From Alphaproteobacteria bacterium (GTDB lineage: Bacteria; Pseudomonadota; Alphaproteobacteria; SHVV01), in NCBI GenBank assembly GCA_965261735.1, contig OZ253470.1:1188129-1252128 (forward strand): a stretch of DNA of 64,000 bases, read 5' to 3'. A program made the translations under genes and the position numbers. Under the pieces are notes generated by a model. The model was not told where the DNA came from. It saw only the letters and a program-made list of their open reading frames with translations, and ran no database searches. Positions within the stretch are counted from its first letter, which is position 1. The number at the start of each line of letters is the position of its first letter. This document shows positions 49,782 through 61,813 of this stretch, one piece after another.

Positions 49782-51644
49782 ATGGTTGACCAAGCCACCA
49801 TCGTTACCAGCCTGCGGACAGACCGCGATCGCTTCGTGGCGTTCTCGTTCGCCGCCGCCGACGCGCTGGTCGAGCTCGACGCCGACCGCAAGGTCAGCTA
49901 CGCCGTAGGCGCCATTCACTGGCTCTCCGGCAAGTCGGCCGAAACCATCATCGGCGTGAGCTTTCTCGACGTGGTCGCCAAGGCCGACCGGCGCATGATC
50001 CAAGCCGCCTTCACGACCGCCGAGACTCAGCATCGGTTCGGCCCCATCAACATTCGGCTGACCGGCTCCGGCGGACGCGAGCAGCGTGTGGCCCTGTTCG
50101 GATCCTACCTCCCGGACCGTGCCAACCGCCTCTTCCTGGCGCTCAGCTCCCATCGCGTCGCGCCGGTGACGGCGGTTCGCGAGAACGTGAGCCGCGACGA
50201 GGCGACGGGGTTGCTCGACAAGCAGTCGTTCTCCGACCTGACGCTGGAGACGATGCAGTCGGGCGATCCGGATAACCCCTATAAGATGACGCTCCTCAAC
50301 GTCGAGGGTCTCGACGAGCTGCAGGAGCGGCTCGATGGCGCCGCGGCGCACGAATTCGTGTCCGATATCAGCGCCCACCTCCAGGTCCACTCGGTCAACG
50401 GCGAGGCCGCCGGGCGGCTCGAAGACAACCAGTTCGGCCTCGTCCACGAGGGGTTCCTCGACGTCTCCGTGCGAGGTGCCGCTCGAGGACGTCGAGGTGT
50501 GGATGACGCGGGCCGACGGCGGGCCGGCGTGCCTGGTGATCTCGTCGGTCCCCGTGGTCGATGCGTCGGGAGTCCGCGTCGCCGCGCGCGGCGTATGCCG
50601 CGATGTCACCGAAGCGCGCGAACGCGACGCGGCGCTGGAACAGGCGCGCGATCGTGAGCGCCTGCAGGGCCGCATCATCGATACGATGCGCAATGAGATT
50701 GATCCCGACCGCATGCTCCTCGTAGCCGCGGAATCGGTGGCGCTGGCGCTGGCGGCCCGTCACAGTTGGATCTTCGAGACCGCACCTGATGTCGCTCCGC
50801 ACGCGGCCGCCACCTTCACCGGGGCGAGCGAGCCTCCCCCTCCCCACGCGGCCGCCATCGAAGCGGCACTGACGGACTTGTTCGGTACCGGTGAGCCCGA
50901 GCCCGCAGCCGTCGCCGTCGCCGGACACCGGCTGCTCGCCATACCGTCCAACTACCACGGCGCGGTCAATGGTGCGATTTGCGTCGCACGCCTCGCCAAT
51001 GAGGCCCCGTTCGGCGACGACGAGCGGGCGCTCCTGGCCGGGATCGCCGGCCACATCGGAATTGCGATCGAGCAGTGCGCCAACCACCGGCGTCTGGAGA
51101 CGCTGTCGCGCACCGACGACTTGACGGGCCTGTTGAACCGGCGCGCTTTCGCCGAGGAAGTGGGGGACGCTTCAGCCACCTCCAGCGCATGGGACGATGT
51201 GGCGCCCTGCTGTATGTCGACCTCGATAATTTCAAGCAGGTCAACGACGTGCACGGACACCAGCGTGGCGACGAGGCGCTTGTCGCGCTCGCCGAGATAT
51301 TGTCTGGGGGCAGCCGCGTCGGCGATATCCCGGCGCGCCTCGGCGGCGACGAGTTCGCCCTATGGCTCGAGGAAACCGATGCCGCGGCGGCCGAGGCCAA
51401 GGCCAGGACGCTGCTCGAACAGGCACGCAGCCTGCGCGCCTATTCGGGCAGCCCCGATACGCCGCTCGGCATCTCCATAGGCATCGCCCTTAGCGATCCG
51501 GCGCTCGACGAATCGATCGACGAATTGCTGGCGCGCGCCGACGAGGCCATGTACGCGGTCAAGAAGGGTGGCAAGGGGAGCTTCGCCCTCGATGCGGCGA
51601 GCCTCGTGCGGGCACCGGTGGCAATGGAGCGGGACAAGTGCTGA
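49782..51644 (+). pseudogene. GAF-GGDEF diguanylate cyclase-like protein, split by two frameshifts (about 50465 and about 51170).
   Basis: Three overlapping frames cover an N-terminal sensory region, a GAF-like region (...LLAIPSNYHGAVNGAICVARLANEAPFGDDERALLAGIAGHIGIAIE) and GGDEF (...LYVDLDNFKQVNDVHGHQRGDEAL...RLGGDEFALW...). The second shift lies beside a G5 run. Confidence 0.7.
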
Positions 51645-52759
51645 ACCGACTGTTCAAGGGCAAGAGCAAGGCAAGGAAGACGCGCAAGTCGCCGCCTCTC
51701 TCCGATGACGAGGTCAAGCGGCTGGCGCGCGCCGAGGATCCGGGCGTTCGCTCGGAGATCGCGGGGCGCGAAGACGTCAGGCCCGAGGTCCTGTACTACC
51801 TAGCCGAGGACGAGGCGCCCGGCGTGCGCCGCCGAATTGCCGCCAACCCGGAAACCCCACGGCAAGCGGACGTCATTCTCGCGCGCGACGTCGATGACGA
51901 GGTACGCTGTGATCTCGCCCTCAAGATCGGGCGCCTCATCCCCGGCTTGTCCAGCGAAGAGTCCTCGCGCCTTCAGGATCTGACGTTCGAGGTCCTCAAC
52001 ATTCTCGCCAGCGATCAGCTGCCGCGGGTGCGTCAGATCATTGCCGAGGAGATCAAGCACGCCGGCAACGTGCCCCACGACATCGTCAACGAACTCGCCC
52101 GCGACGTCGAGCACATCGTCGCGGCGCCAATCCTCGAATATTCGATCCTGCTGACGGACCAGGACCTGATGGAGATCATCGCCGCCGGCCCGAACGAGGG
52201 AGCGCTGCCGGCCATAGCGCGGCGCGCCAGCGTCAGCGGCCGCGTGTCGGACGCGCTCGCATCGAGCGAAGACGTCCCGGCGATCGCCTCGCTGCTCGCC
52301 AATCCCAACGCGCAGATCCGTGAGGAGACCTTGGACTCGATCCTCGATCGCGCGCCCGCGGTGCCGCCTTGGCATGAGCCCCTGACCGTGCGGCCCAACC
52401 TATCGCAGCGCGCGCTCCGCCGTATCGCCGGCTTCGTCACCTCCTCGCTGCTCAGCATCCTCGCCGAGCGCAACGATCTCGACCCGGAGACCACCCGCGA
52501 GGTCGCGGAGGCGGTCAAGGAGCGGCTCAAGGAGCCGCTTCCGGGGGATGAGGGCGAGAGCATCGAGGAGCGCGCCAGGCGCATGTTCACGGCGGGACAG
52601 ATCGACGACGAGGCGCTGACCAATGCGGCGGAACAGGGCCAGCGCGAGTTTGCCGTGCACGCGCTGGCCCTCAAGGCGGCGATGGCGGTTCCGCTGGTGC
52701 GCAAAATACTCGATTCCAAGGCCGGCAAGGCGGTGACGGCGCTGACCTGGAAGGCCGAT
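51638..52759 (+). pseudogene. DUF2336-domain protein, conserved in alphaproteobacteria. The C-terminal end is replaced by IS1595 copy 3.
   Basis: 379-aa ORF with a repeated helical architecture. The last 6 codons in the ORF track (..DPCLSG) are IS sequence starting at 52760. Confidence 0.55.
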
Positions 52760-53866
52760 CCTTGCCTATCCGGTTAACGCCCATGACCGCTACATGTAGG
52801 GTGCCACCACTCTCCCGAGTAAAGCTCGGCATAGGTTGGAGCAGAGGTGTCGCCCGCGATGCCGAGCAATGAGCGGAAGGCGTTGAACGGGTAGAACCGC
52901 CTGTTGAAGCGGAAGGTGAACTCGTTGAGGTAGGCTTGTAGGTGCTGGTGGCTAACGCCGTGGTGGATACCGATCAGCCACGTCTTCAGGTTGGCGAAAA
53001 CCAGATGGATGATCGGCAGGTATTGCTCGGCAACCTCTGGATCACCACACTCGGCAACAGCGAAGTGCTCATAGCCGCGCTTCCCGAGGCCAGCATAGCC
53101 GCTCCAATCGTCAGTAACGATCAGCGATCGCGGCGCGACGGTGCTCTCGACGAACCCACAGAGCGACTCGGCGCTACGGTCGAGCACGACGGCGAGCCGA
53201 ACGCGTCCGGCATAGCGTCCGTCTTTCCGGTTGTCGAGCTTGGTGCCCGGCTTTCGATGACGCACCTCGATGGCACAGGAGACGGGAACCTTGTGGTGAA
53301 CACCACGGCCTTCCCCACGCGTTCGCCCGCCAACCCAGGTTTCGTCCACCTCAACATGGTTCTTGGGCTGTCCACCGATCCTGTCTTGGTTGGGCCGCAC
53401 CATGCCCGAGCGGAGCTTGTGGAGAATTTGAAAGGCCGTCTCGTAGCGCGAAAGACCAAGTTGCCGCTGAAACTGCACGGCGGACATGCCGGGCGTCTGA
53501 CTGGCGACCAGATAAGCGGCCCAGAACCAGACGTTCAGCGGAGTGTGGCTACGCTCCATCACTGTTCCCACCGTCAGCCCGGTGTTCTGGCGGCACTTGC
53601 GGCAGCGCAGGACGCCAGGGCGGTTTTCAAAGTGGAACGGCTCTCCCGCCGTGCCGCAGTGCGGGCAGGCAAAGCCGTCTCCCCAGCGGGCTTTCTCCAG
53701 GTAGGCGGCGCAGGCCGCATCATCGGGGAAAAGTCGCTGGAACTCGGGTAGCGAATGCGGGAATGGGAGATCGGCGCGGTCGAGAACATCCATGGCGCGC
53801 TCCCCTATATCCGGGTTGCGCCCATTCTAGCCCTAGTGGGTGTGGGTGTAAACCGGATAGGCAAGG
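52760..53866 (-). mobile_element. IS1595-family insertion sequence, copy 3. It is the complete reference copy, about 1107 bp, with both IRs and an intact 339-aa transposase (52774..53793).
   Basis: IRs CCTTGCCTATCCGGTTAACGCCCATGACC (52760) and GGTGTGGGTGTAAACCGGATAGGCAAGG (53839-53866). I see no flanking direct repeat. Confidence 0.85.
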
Positions 53867-53955
53867 AATAATCGATGTTTGCCATCGCTCCAGGCCGGCA
53901 GGTGTCGAGCAAGTTTGGAGGCTCGGATACGCTAGCCGATCCGTGAGATCGCGCG

Positions 53956-54705
53956 CTACGTATCCTTTCTCCGGATCACGGTTTCAACCGATCTCGGGCG
54001 CAGGAGCCGGGCGATATAGGCTGGCACGACCTCGCTCGCGGGGCCGTAGAGGGTCTCAGCGAACAGCGAATGTCCCTCCGAGGGTTCGAGGTTGAGCTCG
54101 ACCGTGTGGGCGCTGCCCGCGGCGCGCGCTTGGGCTACGAAGCCCGCGGCCGGATAGACGCTGCCCGAGGTGCCGATCGAGAGGAAGAGGTCGCAGGCCT
54201 CGAGCGCCGCGTCGATTCGCTCCATCGCCATCGGCATCTCGCCGAACCATACGACGTGCGGCCGCATCGAGCCGTGCCCCTCGCAAGCCGGGCAGGCCGT
54301 CTCGAGCCCGAGGTCCTCGGTCCACGGAAGGACGTGCCGGCAGGCGGTGCATCGCGCCTTCAGCAGCTCGCCGTGCATGTGAACGACGTTGCGCCCGCCG
54401 GCCCGCTCGTGGAGGTCATCCACGTTTTGCGTTACCACCATCACATCGCCGGCATGATCGCGCTCGAGGCGCGCCAGGGCCGCGTGCGCGGCGTTGGGCT
54501 CGGCGCCGGTCACGTTGCGCCGGCGCGCGTTGTAGAAGTTGTGCACCAGCGCGGGGTCGCGCGCGAATCCCTCGGGCGTCGCCACCTGCTCGAGGTCGTA
54601 GCGGGTCCACAATCCGTCCGTGTCGCGGAAGGTGCCGAGCCCGGATTCGGCGGAGATGCCGGCCCCGGTGAGGATGACGATGCGCGTGGGTTCGGCTAGG
54701 GTCAT
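53956..54705 (-). CDS. cobB: NAD-dependent protein deacylase, Sir2 family.
   Basis: Starts MTLAEPTRIVILTGAGISAESGLGTFRD... with a Zn ribbon CTACRHV...CPACEG and VVWFGE. The ORF track over-extends the N-terminus to 55056. Confidence 0.85.
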   Translation of the reverse strand: MTLAEPTRIVILTGAGISAESGLGTFRDTDGLWTRYDLEQVATPEGFARDPALVHNFYNARRRNVTGAEPNAAHAALARLERDHAGDVMVVTQNVDDLHERAGGRNVVHMHGELLKARCTACRHVLPWTEDLGLETACPACEGHGSMRPHVVWFGEMPMAMERIDAALEACDLFLSIGTSGSVYPAAGFVAQARAAGSAHTVELNLEPSEGHSLFAETLYGPASEVVPAYIARLLRPRSVETVIRRKDT

Positions 54706-54735
54706 GCGCCGCGTAGGATCGAAGAGGGCGGGCGC

Positions 54736-55209
54736 GTGGTCAAAGTTCTGTTCGTCTGCCTCGGCAACATATGTCGCTCGCCGAGCGCCGAGGGGGTGTT
54801 CCGGGCGCTTGTCGCCGAGCATGGCCTCGGCGATCGAATCGCGGTCGATTCGGCCGGCACCGGGGACTACCACATCGGCGAGGCGCCCGATTCGCGGGCC
54901 CAGGCCGAGGCCCGCCGGCGCGGGTTCGACATCAGCGCTCTCAAGGCACGCCAGGTGCGCCTCAGCGACTTTCACGACTTCGACTACATGATCGCTATGG
55001 ACCGGCGAAATCACGCCGAGCTCGAGGCGCTGCGGCCGGGCGGCGCCAGGGCGCATCTTCGGATGCTCCTCGACTTCGCGCCGGAGCTTGCCCGGGACGA
55101 GGTGCCCGACCCCTATCTCGGTGGGCCCGAGGGCTTCGCCGAGGTCCTGGAAATGATCGAGGCCGGGGCCCGCGGCCTGCTCTCAGAGGTGCGCGTGCGG
55201 TGCCTCTGA
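54736..55209 (+). CDS. Low-molecular-weight protein tyrosine phosphatase (arsenate-reductase fold).
   Basis: P-loop VLFVCLGNICRSPSAEG (CX5R) and a DPY motif DPYLGG. Confidence 0.85.
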   Translation: MVKVLFVCLGNICRSPSAEGVFRALVAEHGLGDRIAVDSAGTGDYHIGEAPDSRAQAEARRRGFDISALKARQVRLSDFHDFDYMIAMDRRNHAELEALRPGGARAHLRMLLDFAPELARDEVPDPYLGGPEGFAEVLEMIEAGARGLLSEVRVRCL

Positions 55210-55245
55210 GCTAACGGCGCCCAAGCGGTCGCGCTATCGCGCCGG

Positions 55246-55781
55246 CTATTGCAGCGGGTAGGTGGCCTCGGCGCTGTGGATGGCGCCGGCGCGCGCGAGA
55301 TGGCTCGAATAGAGCGTGAACGCATCGACGGCAACAGGCGCGCTGCGATACAGGTTGTGATCGGCAACGAAGCGGCCGACGCGCCCGTGGTGCGCGCCCT
55401 TGAGCCGGGCGAGCGTGACGTGGGGCTGGAACTTGCGGCGCTCCGCGGCGAGCCCGGCCCGGGTCAGCGCGCGCTCGACCTTGTCGTGCAGGCTCAGCAG
55501 CTCGGGACAGGGATCGAGGCCGGCCCATAGCGTGTGGGTCCGGCGGCCGTTGGCGAAGTGGCCGACGCCGGCGAGCGCACACGTAAGGCCGCGGCATCGA
55601 CCGCGCCGAGTGCGTCGCTGATCTCGGCGAGGTGGGTGCGCTCGACCTCGCCGATGAAGCGCAGCGTCAGGTGGATCTGCTCGGCCTCGACCCATTTCGC
55701 GCCTGACACGCCGGCGCACAGGAGCTGGAGACCGCGTTTGACCTCCTCGGGCAGGTCGACGGCGACGAACAGGCGCATCAC
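55246..55781 (-). pseudogene. thpR: RNA 2',3'-cyclic phosphodiesterase / 2'-5' RNA ligase (2H family, ThpR/LigT). It needs a frameshift near 55560 to be complete.
   Basis: MRLFVAVDLPEEV...HLTLRFIGEV (first HxTx motif) is in one frame and ...HVTLARLKG (second HxTx motif) in another. ATGA overlap with the upstream AKR stop. Confidence 0.7.
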
Positions 55782-56836
55782 GATCGCGCGCGCGCGACCT
55801 CGAGCGGTGGGTTGGGCTGGGCCCGGTGGATCGCCTCGGCCTCGCGCAGCACCTCTTCCGACAACGTGATCTCGGCGCTGGCGATCGCGCCCTCGAGCTG
55901 CGCCATGGAGGTGGCGCCGATGATGGCGGCGGTCACGAAGGGTCGGCCGGCGACATAGACGAGAGCCATTTGCGCGGGTTCGAGACCATGTTCGCGCGCC
56001 AGTGCGACATAGGCTTCCGTCGCCGCCGCCGCCTGCGGCGAGGCGTAGCTGGCGTAGCGCTCGAAGACGGCGAGCCGGCTGCCGGCGGGCTTCGCGCCGC
56101 CCGCATACTTGCCGCTGAGCAGCCCCATCGCCATCGGCGAGTAGGCGAGCAGGCCGACACCCTCGCGCATGCCGATCTCGGCGAGACCCGCCTCGAAGGA
56201 ACGGTTGAGCAGGCTGTAGGCGTTCTGGATGCTGACGAGGCGCGGCCGGCCCGCGGCTTGGGCCTCGGCGAGGAAGCGCATCACGCCCCACGGGGTCTCG
56301 TTCGACACCCCGAGGTGGCGCACCTTGCCGGCCTTGACGAGATCGCCCAACGCCGCCAGCGTTTCCTCGATCGCGATGTCGTCGGCATCGGCCACGTGCC
56401 GGTAGCCGAGGTCGCCGGCGAAGCCGATGCGCCGTTCCGTCGAATGGAGCTGGTAGAGGTCGACGTAATCGGTGCGCAGCCTCTTGAGGCTCGCATCGAT
56501 GGCGGCCTCGATGTTGCTGCGGTCGAGCCGGGTCTCGCCGCCGCGCAGCCAAGCGAGGTTGCTGCGCCCGACGGCCTTGGTGGCGAGGACCACCTTGTCG
56601 CGCACCCCGCGCGCGGCCAGCCAGGTGCCGATGTAGGACTCGGTGAGGCCCTGGGTTTCCGCCCGCGGCGGGATCGGGTAGGCCTCCGCCGTGTCGATGA
56701 AGTTGACGCCGTGATCGAACGCGTAGTCGAGCTGTGCGTGGGCCTCGGATTCACTGTTCTGCTCGCCCCACGTCATGGTGCCGAGGCAGAGGGCGCTGAC
56801 GGAGACGTTCGTGCGCCCGAGGGGACGGTTTTCCAT
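55778..56836 (-). CDS. Aldo/keto reductase, Tas-like NADP-dependent oxidoreductase.
   Basis: 352 aa. LCLGTMTWG, DTAEAYP and KVRHLGVSNE are AKR signature stretches. Confidence 0.85.
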   Translation of the reverse strand: MENRPLGRTNVSVSALCLGTMTWGEQNSESEAHAQLDYAFDHGVNFIDTAEAYPIPPRAETQGLTESYIGTWLAARGVRDKVVLATKAVGRSNLAWLRGGETRLDRSNIEAAIDASLKRLRTDYVDLYQLHSTERRIGFAGDLGYRHVADADDIAIEETLAALGDLVKAGKVRHLGVSNETPWGVMRFLAEAQAAGRPRLVSIQNAYSLLNRSFEAGLAEIGMREGVGLLAYSPMAMGLLSGKYAGGAKPAGSRLAVFERYASYASPQAAAATEAYVALAREHGLEPAQMALVYVAGRPFVTAAIIGATSMAQLEGAIASAEITLSEEVLREAEAIHRAQPNPPLEVARARS

Positions 56837-56943
56837 GGCGCTACTTCCGTGGCGGCTCGCCGGCGCCCGCGCAGGGGCGCCCGAGACCTAGCACAAAGGG
56901 CGAGCCTTGCTAAGGGAGATATCGGGGCCGGCGCCCCGGCGTG

Positions 56944-57655
56944 TCAATCGTCGGCGATCAGGCGTTTGACCACGGGTCCGATGCGCTCGACGATGACGGT
57001 GACGCCGGCGGCGTTGGGGTGGATGCCGTCCGCCTGATTGAGTGCGGGGTTGGTCGCCACTCCGTCGAGGAAGAAAGGATAAAGCGTGGCGGCGTGCTCG
57101 TGCGCGAGAACCGGGAACAGCGAATCGAAGGCGTGCACGTACGCATTGTCGAGGTTGCGCGGCGCCAGCATGCCGGCGAGCAGTATCTTGATTCCGCGTG
57201 CCTTGAGCTGGCCCAGGATGGCGTCGAGATTGTCGCGCGTGACCGCGGGGTCGATGCCGCGCAGGGCGTCGTTGCCGCCGAACTGAACGATCACGAGGTC
57301 GGGTTCCTCGGCCAGCGTCCAGTTGAGGCGCGTCCGCGCGCCGGCCGTGGTTTCGCCGGACAGGCCGGCGTTGACGACCCGGGCCGGGACGCCTGCCGCC
57401 TCGAGCCACGCCTCGAGCCGGCGGGGAAAGGAATCCCGCCAGTGCAACCCGTAGCCCGAGGTCAGGCTGTCTCCGAAGGCGATGACGAGCGGCTCGGCCG
57501 CGGCCACGGCCGGGGTCATCGTTGCGATCAGCAGCGCCACGCCCAACCCCGTGAAAGATCGCCAAAAAGGGTAATATGGAAGAGACGCGCCCGTCTCGCG
57601 CGCACGCCGCCATCTGCCACCCAGCAGCCCCATCCCGCCTCGGCGCCAAAGTTTC

Positions 57656-57657
<2 letters not shown>
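56944..57657 (-). CDS. tesA: SGNH/GDSL arylesterase / acyl-CoA thioesterase I-like, with a signal peptide.
   Basis: GDSLTSGYG (block I), GGNDALRG (block III) and DGIHPNAAG (block V). Divergent from ybbA with overlapping start codons, as in E. coli tesA-ybbA. The ORF-track start at 57957 is over-extended. Confidence 0.8.
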
Positions 57658-58396
<739 letters not shown>

Positions 58397-61030
58397 GGGC
58401 GCGGCCCGCGGCGCGACGCTGGCCGCCGGCCAGCAGCTAGGCCTCGCCGTCCGCCTGGCGCGGCGCGAGCTGCGCGGCGGCCTCAAGGGATTTCGCATTT
58501 TCCTCGTCAGCCTGGCGCTCGGCGTTGCCGCGATCGCCGGGATCGGCTCGCTGGCGGCGGCCATGCGCGCCGGGCTCGTCGAGAACGCCCAGGCGCTGCT
58601 CGGCGGCGATGTCGAGGTCGGCCTGCTCGGTCGCGGGCTCGACGCCGAGGAGGTCGCCTACCTCGGTGCCCACAGCCTCGCGGTCAGCCGCGTCCGCGAA
58701 ATGCGCGCCCTCGCCCGTGCCCCTGCGGGCGAACGGCGCACGCTCGTCGAACTCAAGGGCATCGCCGCGAACTATCCGCTGTACGGCGCCGTCGCTCTCA
58801 AACCGACGATGGCGCTCGCGGCCGCTCTTGGGCCGCGCGAGGGGCGCCTTGGGGCCGTCGCCGAGCCCTTCCTGCTCGAACGCCTCGGCCTGCGCCTCGG
58901 CGATGCGGTGCGCGTCGGTAAAGAGTTGTTCGAGATTCGCGCGGTGCTCGAGCGCGAGCCCGACCGCCTGGCGAGCGCCTTCAGCCTCGGGCCACGCCTG
59001 ATGGTATCGGAGGCGGGGTTCGATGCCACCGGCCTGGTGCGCGTCGGCAGCCTGATCCGGCACAAGTACCGGGCCGCGCTGGCCCCGGGCGAGAACATCG
59101 CGAGCTGGCGCACGGACCTGATGCGCGCCTTTCCCGAGAATGCGTGGCGCCTCCGCGACCGCCGCGATTCGCAGCCCTCGGTGCGCCGCTTCGTCGATCG
59201 TTTCGCGGTTTTCCTCGAGCTCATCGGCATTACAGCGCTGCTCGTCGGCGGCATCGGCGTCGGCAACGCGGTGCGCAACTACCTCGCCGGCAAGACCGAG
59301 ACCATCGCCATCCTCAAGGGCCTCGGCGCGCCCGGTGCCGTTATCTTCCGCATCTATTTCGCCGAGATCGGCGTGCTGTGTCTCACCGGGGTGGTCGCCG
59401 GCCTGGCGCTCGGCGCGCTCGTCCCGCCGCTGGCCACGGCACTGCTGGCGGACGCGTTGCCGGTGCCGACATCGGGCGGCCTCTATCCGGGGCCGCTGCT
59501 GCTCGCGGCCGCGTTCGGCGTCCTCGTCGCCTTCGTGTTCGCGATCTGGCCGCTCGCGCGGGCGCGCGAGGTGCCGGCGGCGAGCTTGTTCCGCGATATC
59601 GTCGCGCCGACCCGGCGCCTGCCGCGCGCCCGCTACCTCGTCGCCGCCGGTGGTGGTGCGCTGGCGCTCGCGCTGCTCGCCGTGTTCGCCGGCGGCCAGG
59701 CCTACATCGCCGCCTGGTTCGTGCTCGGCGCGGTTGGAGCGCTGCTCGCTTTTCGCCTCGCCGCAGCGGGGCTCGTGGCCGCGGTCCGCGCCCTCGGCCG
59801 ACCGCGCCGCGCCGGTCTGCGCCTCGCGCTGTCCAACATTTGCCGGCCCGGCGCGCCTACCGCCGGCATCGTCGTCTCGCTCGGCGTCGGCCTGTCGTTG
59901 CTCGTCGCCGTGGTGCTCATCGACGCCAATCTCGAGCGCCAGGTGGCCGAGCGTATTCCCGACGTGGCGCCCGCCTTTTTCTTTATCGACATCCAGCCCG
60001 ACCAAGCCGAGGCGTTCGACGCGGTGGTGAGCGGGGTCGTCGGCGCCGGCGCCGTCGAGCGCGTGCCGATGCTGCGCGGCCGGATCGCGGCCATCAATGG
60101 CGTCGCCATCGATACGGCGGCGGAGGTGCATGATGCCCATTGGGCGACACACCGTGAGATCGGCCTCAGCTACGCCGCCGCCACGCCGCCCCGCACCCGC
60201 CTCCTGGCCGGAACCTGGTGGCCCGAGGACTATGCGGGGCCGCCGCTCATCTCGCTCGACGCCGAGGTGGCCCAAGGGCTAGGCCTCGGGCTCGGCGACC
60301 GCCTGACCCTCAACGTGCTAGGCCGAGAGATCACCGGGAGTATCGCCAATTTGCGCCACATCGACTGGATGGACATCGGCATCAATTTCGTCGTCGTGTT
60401 CTCGCCCGGCGTGCTCGAGGGGGCGCCGCAGAGCCATCTCGCAACCGCGCGCGCGGCGCCGGCGGACGAGGCCGCGCTGTTCCGGGCCGTCACCGACCGC
60501 TTCGACAACGTCTCGCCCATTCGCGTGCGCGATGTCGTCGATGCCGTGGCCCGCGCCCTCGGGCAGATCGCCACGGCCGCGCGTGCGGCGGCCGGCGTCA
60601 CGCTCGCCGCCGGCCTGCTTGTGCTCGCCGGGGCGGTCGCTTCCGGGCATCGCCGCAGGGTGTACGACGCGGTCATCCTCAAGGTGCTCGGCGCCACCCG
60701 GGGCACCGTTCTCAAGGCCTACCTGCTGGAGTTCGCTCTCGTCGGCCTGGTCGCCGGCCTCATCGCCGCTGCGGTCGGCACCCTCGCCGCATGGGTGGTG
60801 GTTACGCGCGTGATGCACGCCGAGTGGCATCTCGTGGGCTGGGGCATCGCGGCCACCGTGGCGGGCGGCGTGGTGATGACCGCGGGCCTCGGATTCATCG
60901 GCACCTGGCGCGCGCTCGCGAGTCCCGCGGCACCCGTGCTACGCACCCCGTGAGCGGCTGTTCCGCTTGATTTCCGGGCGCGCCGCGCCAATATTAGGGC
61001 CACCAGGGAGGCTCGAGAGGGATTCATTCG

Positions 61031-61744
61031 ATGGCTGCTGACTACAGAACGCAGATCGGCGCGGCTGCCGCGGATCGGGCCGTGCTCGACGAGGGCCTGC
61101 GCGCCTACATGCTGCGGGTCTACAACTTCATGGCGTCCGGGGTGGCGCTCACGGGCATCGTCGCCTACGCGGTCGCCCACACGCCGGTGCTCTTCAACCT
61201 GATCTTCGGCACGCCGCTGTTCTGGGTCGTGCTACTGGCGCCGCTCGGCATGGTGTTCTACCTCAGCGCGCGCATCAACCGCATGAGCGCGGCCGGAGCG
61301 CAGACCGCGTTCTGGGTGTTCGCCGGCCTGATGGGGCTCTCGCTCTCCTCCATCTCCATCCAGTACACGGGCCTCAGCATCGCGCGCGTGTTCTTCATCA
61401 CGGCGGCCACCTTCGGTGCCATGAGCCTTTACGGCTATACCACCAAGCGCGACCTCACCGCCTGGGGCTCGTTCCTGTTCATGGGCCTGATCGGCATCAT
61501 GATCGCCGTAGTGATCAATATCTTCCTGCAATCGGCGGCGCTCTACTTCATCGTCTCGGTGATTGGCGTGATCGTTTTCGTCGGCCTCACCGCCTACGAC
61601 ACGCAGAAGATCAAGGAGTCGTACTGGGAGGGCGATTCGCAGGAGATCGCCGGCAAGAAGGCGATCATGGGCGCGCTTCGCCTCTACCTCGACTTCATCA
61701 ACCTGTTCGTCATGCTGCTCCACCTGTTCGGCCAGCAGCGCTGA
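61031..61744 (+). CDS. Bax inhibitor-1 / YccA-family 7-TM protein.
   Basis: 237 aa, seven hydrophobic helices, the characteristic ...LRVYNFMASGVALTGIVAY... N-terminus and a basic C-terminal tail. Confidence 0.85.
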   Translation: MAADYRTQIGAAAADRAVLDEGLRAYMLRVYNFMASGVALTGIVAYAVAHTPVLFNLIFGTPLFWVVLLAPLGMVFYLSARINRMSAAGAQTAFWVFAGLMGLSLSSISIQYTGLSIARVFFITAATFGAMSLYGYTTKRDLTAWGSFLFMGLIGIMIAVVINIFLQSAALYFIVSVIGVIVFVGLTAYDTQKIKESYWEGDSQEIAGKKAIMGALRLYLDFINLFVMLLHLFGQQR

Positions 61745-61767
61745 ACGAACGGGGTTTGTAACGGCAA

Positions 61768-61797
61768 CGCCCGGCGCTTGCGCCGGGCGTTTTCTTT
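61768..61797 (+). terminator. Rho-independent terminator downstream of the BI-1 gene.
   Basis: GC stem gcccggcgc-tt-gcgccgggc followed by GTTTTCTTTT. Confidence 0.75.
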
Positions 61798-61813
61798 TGG
61801 CGCGGGGCGCCGG

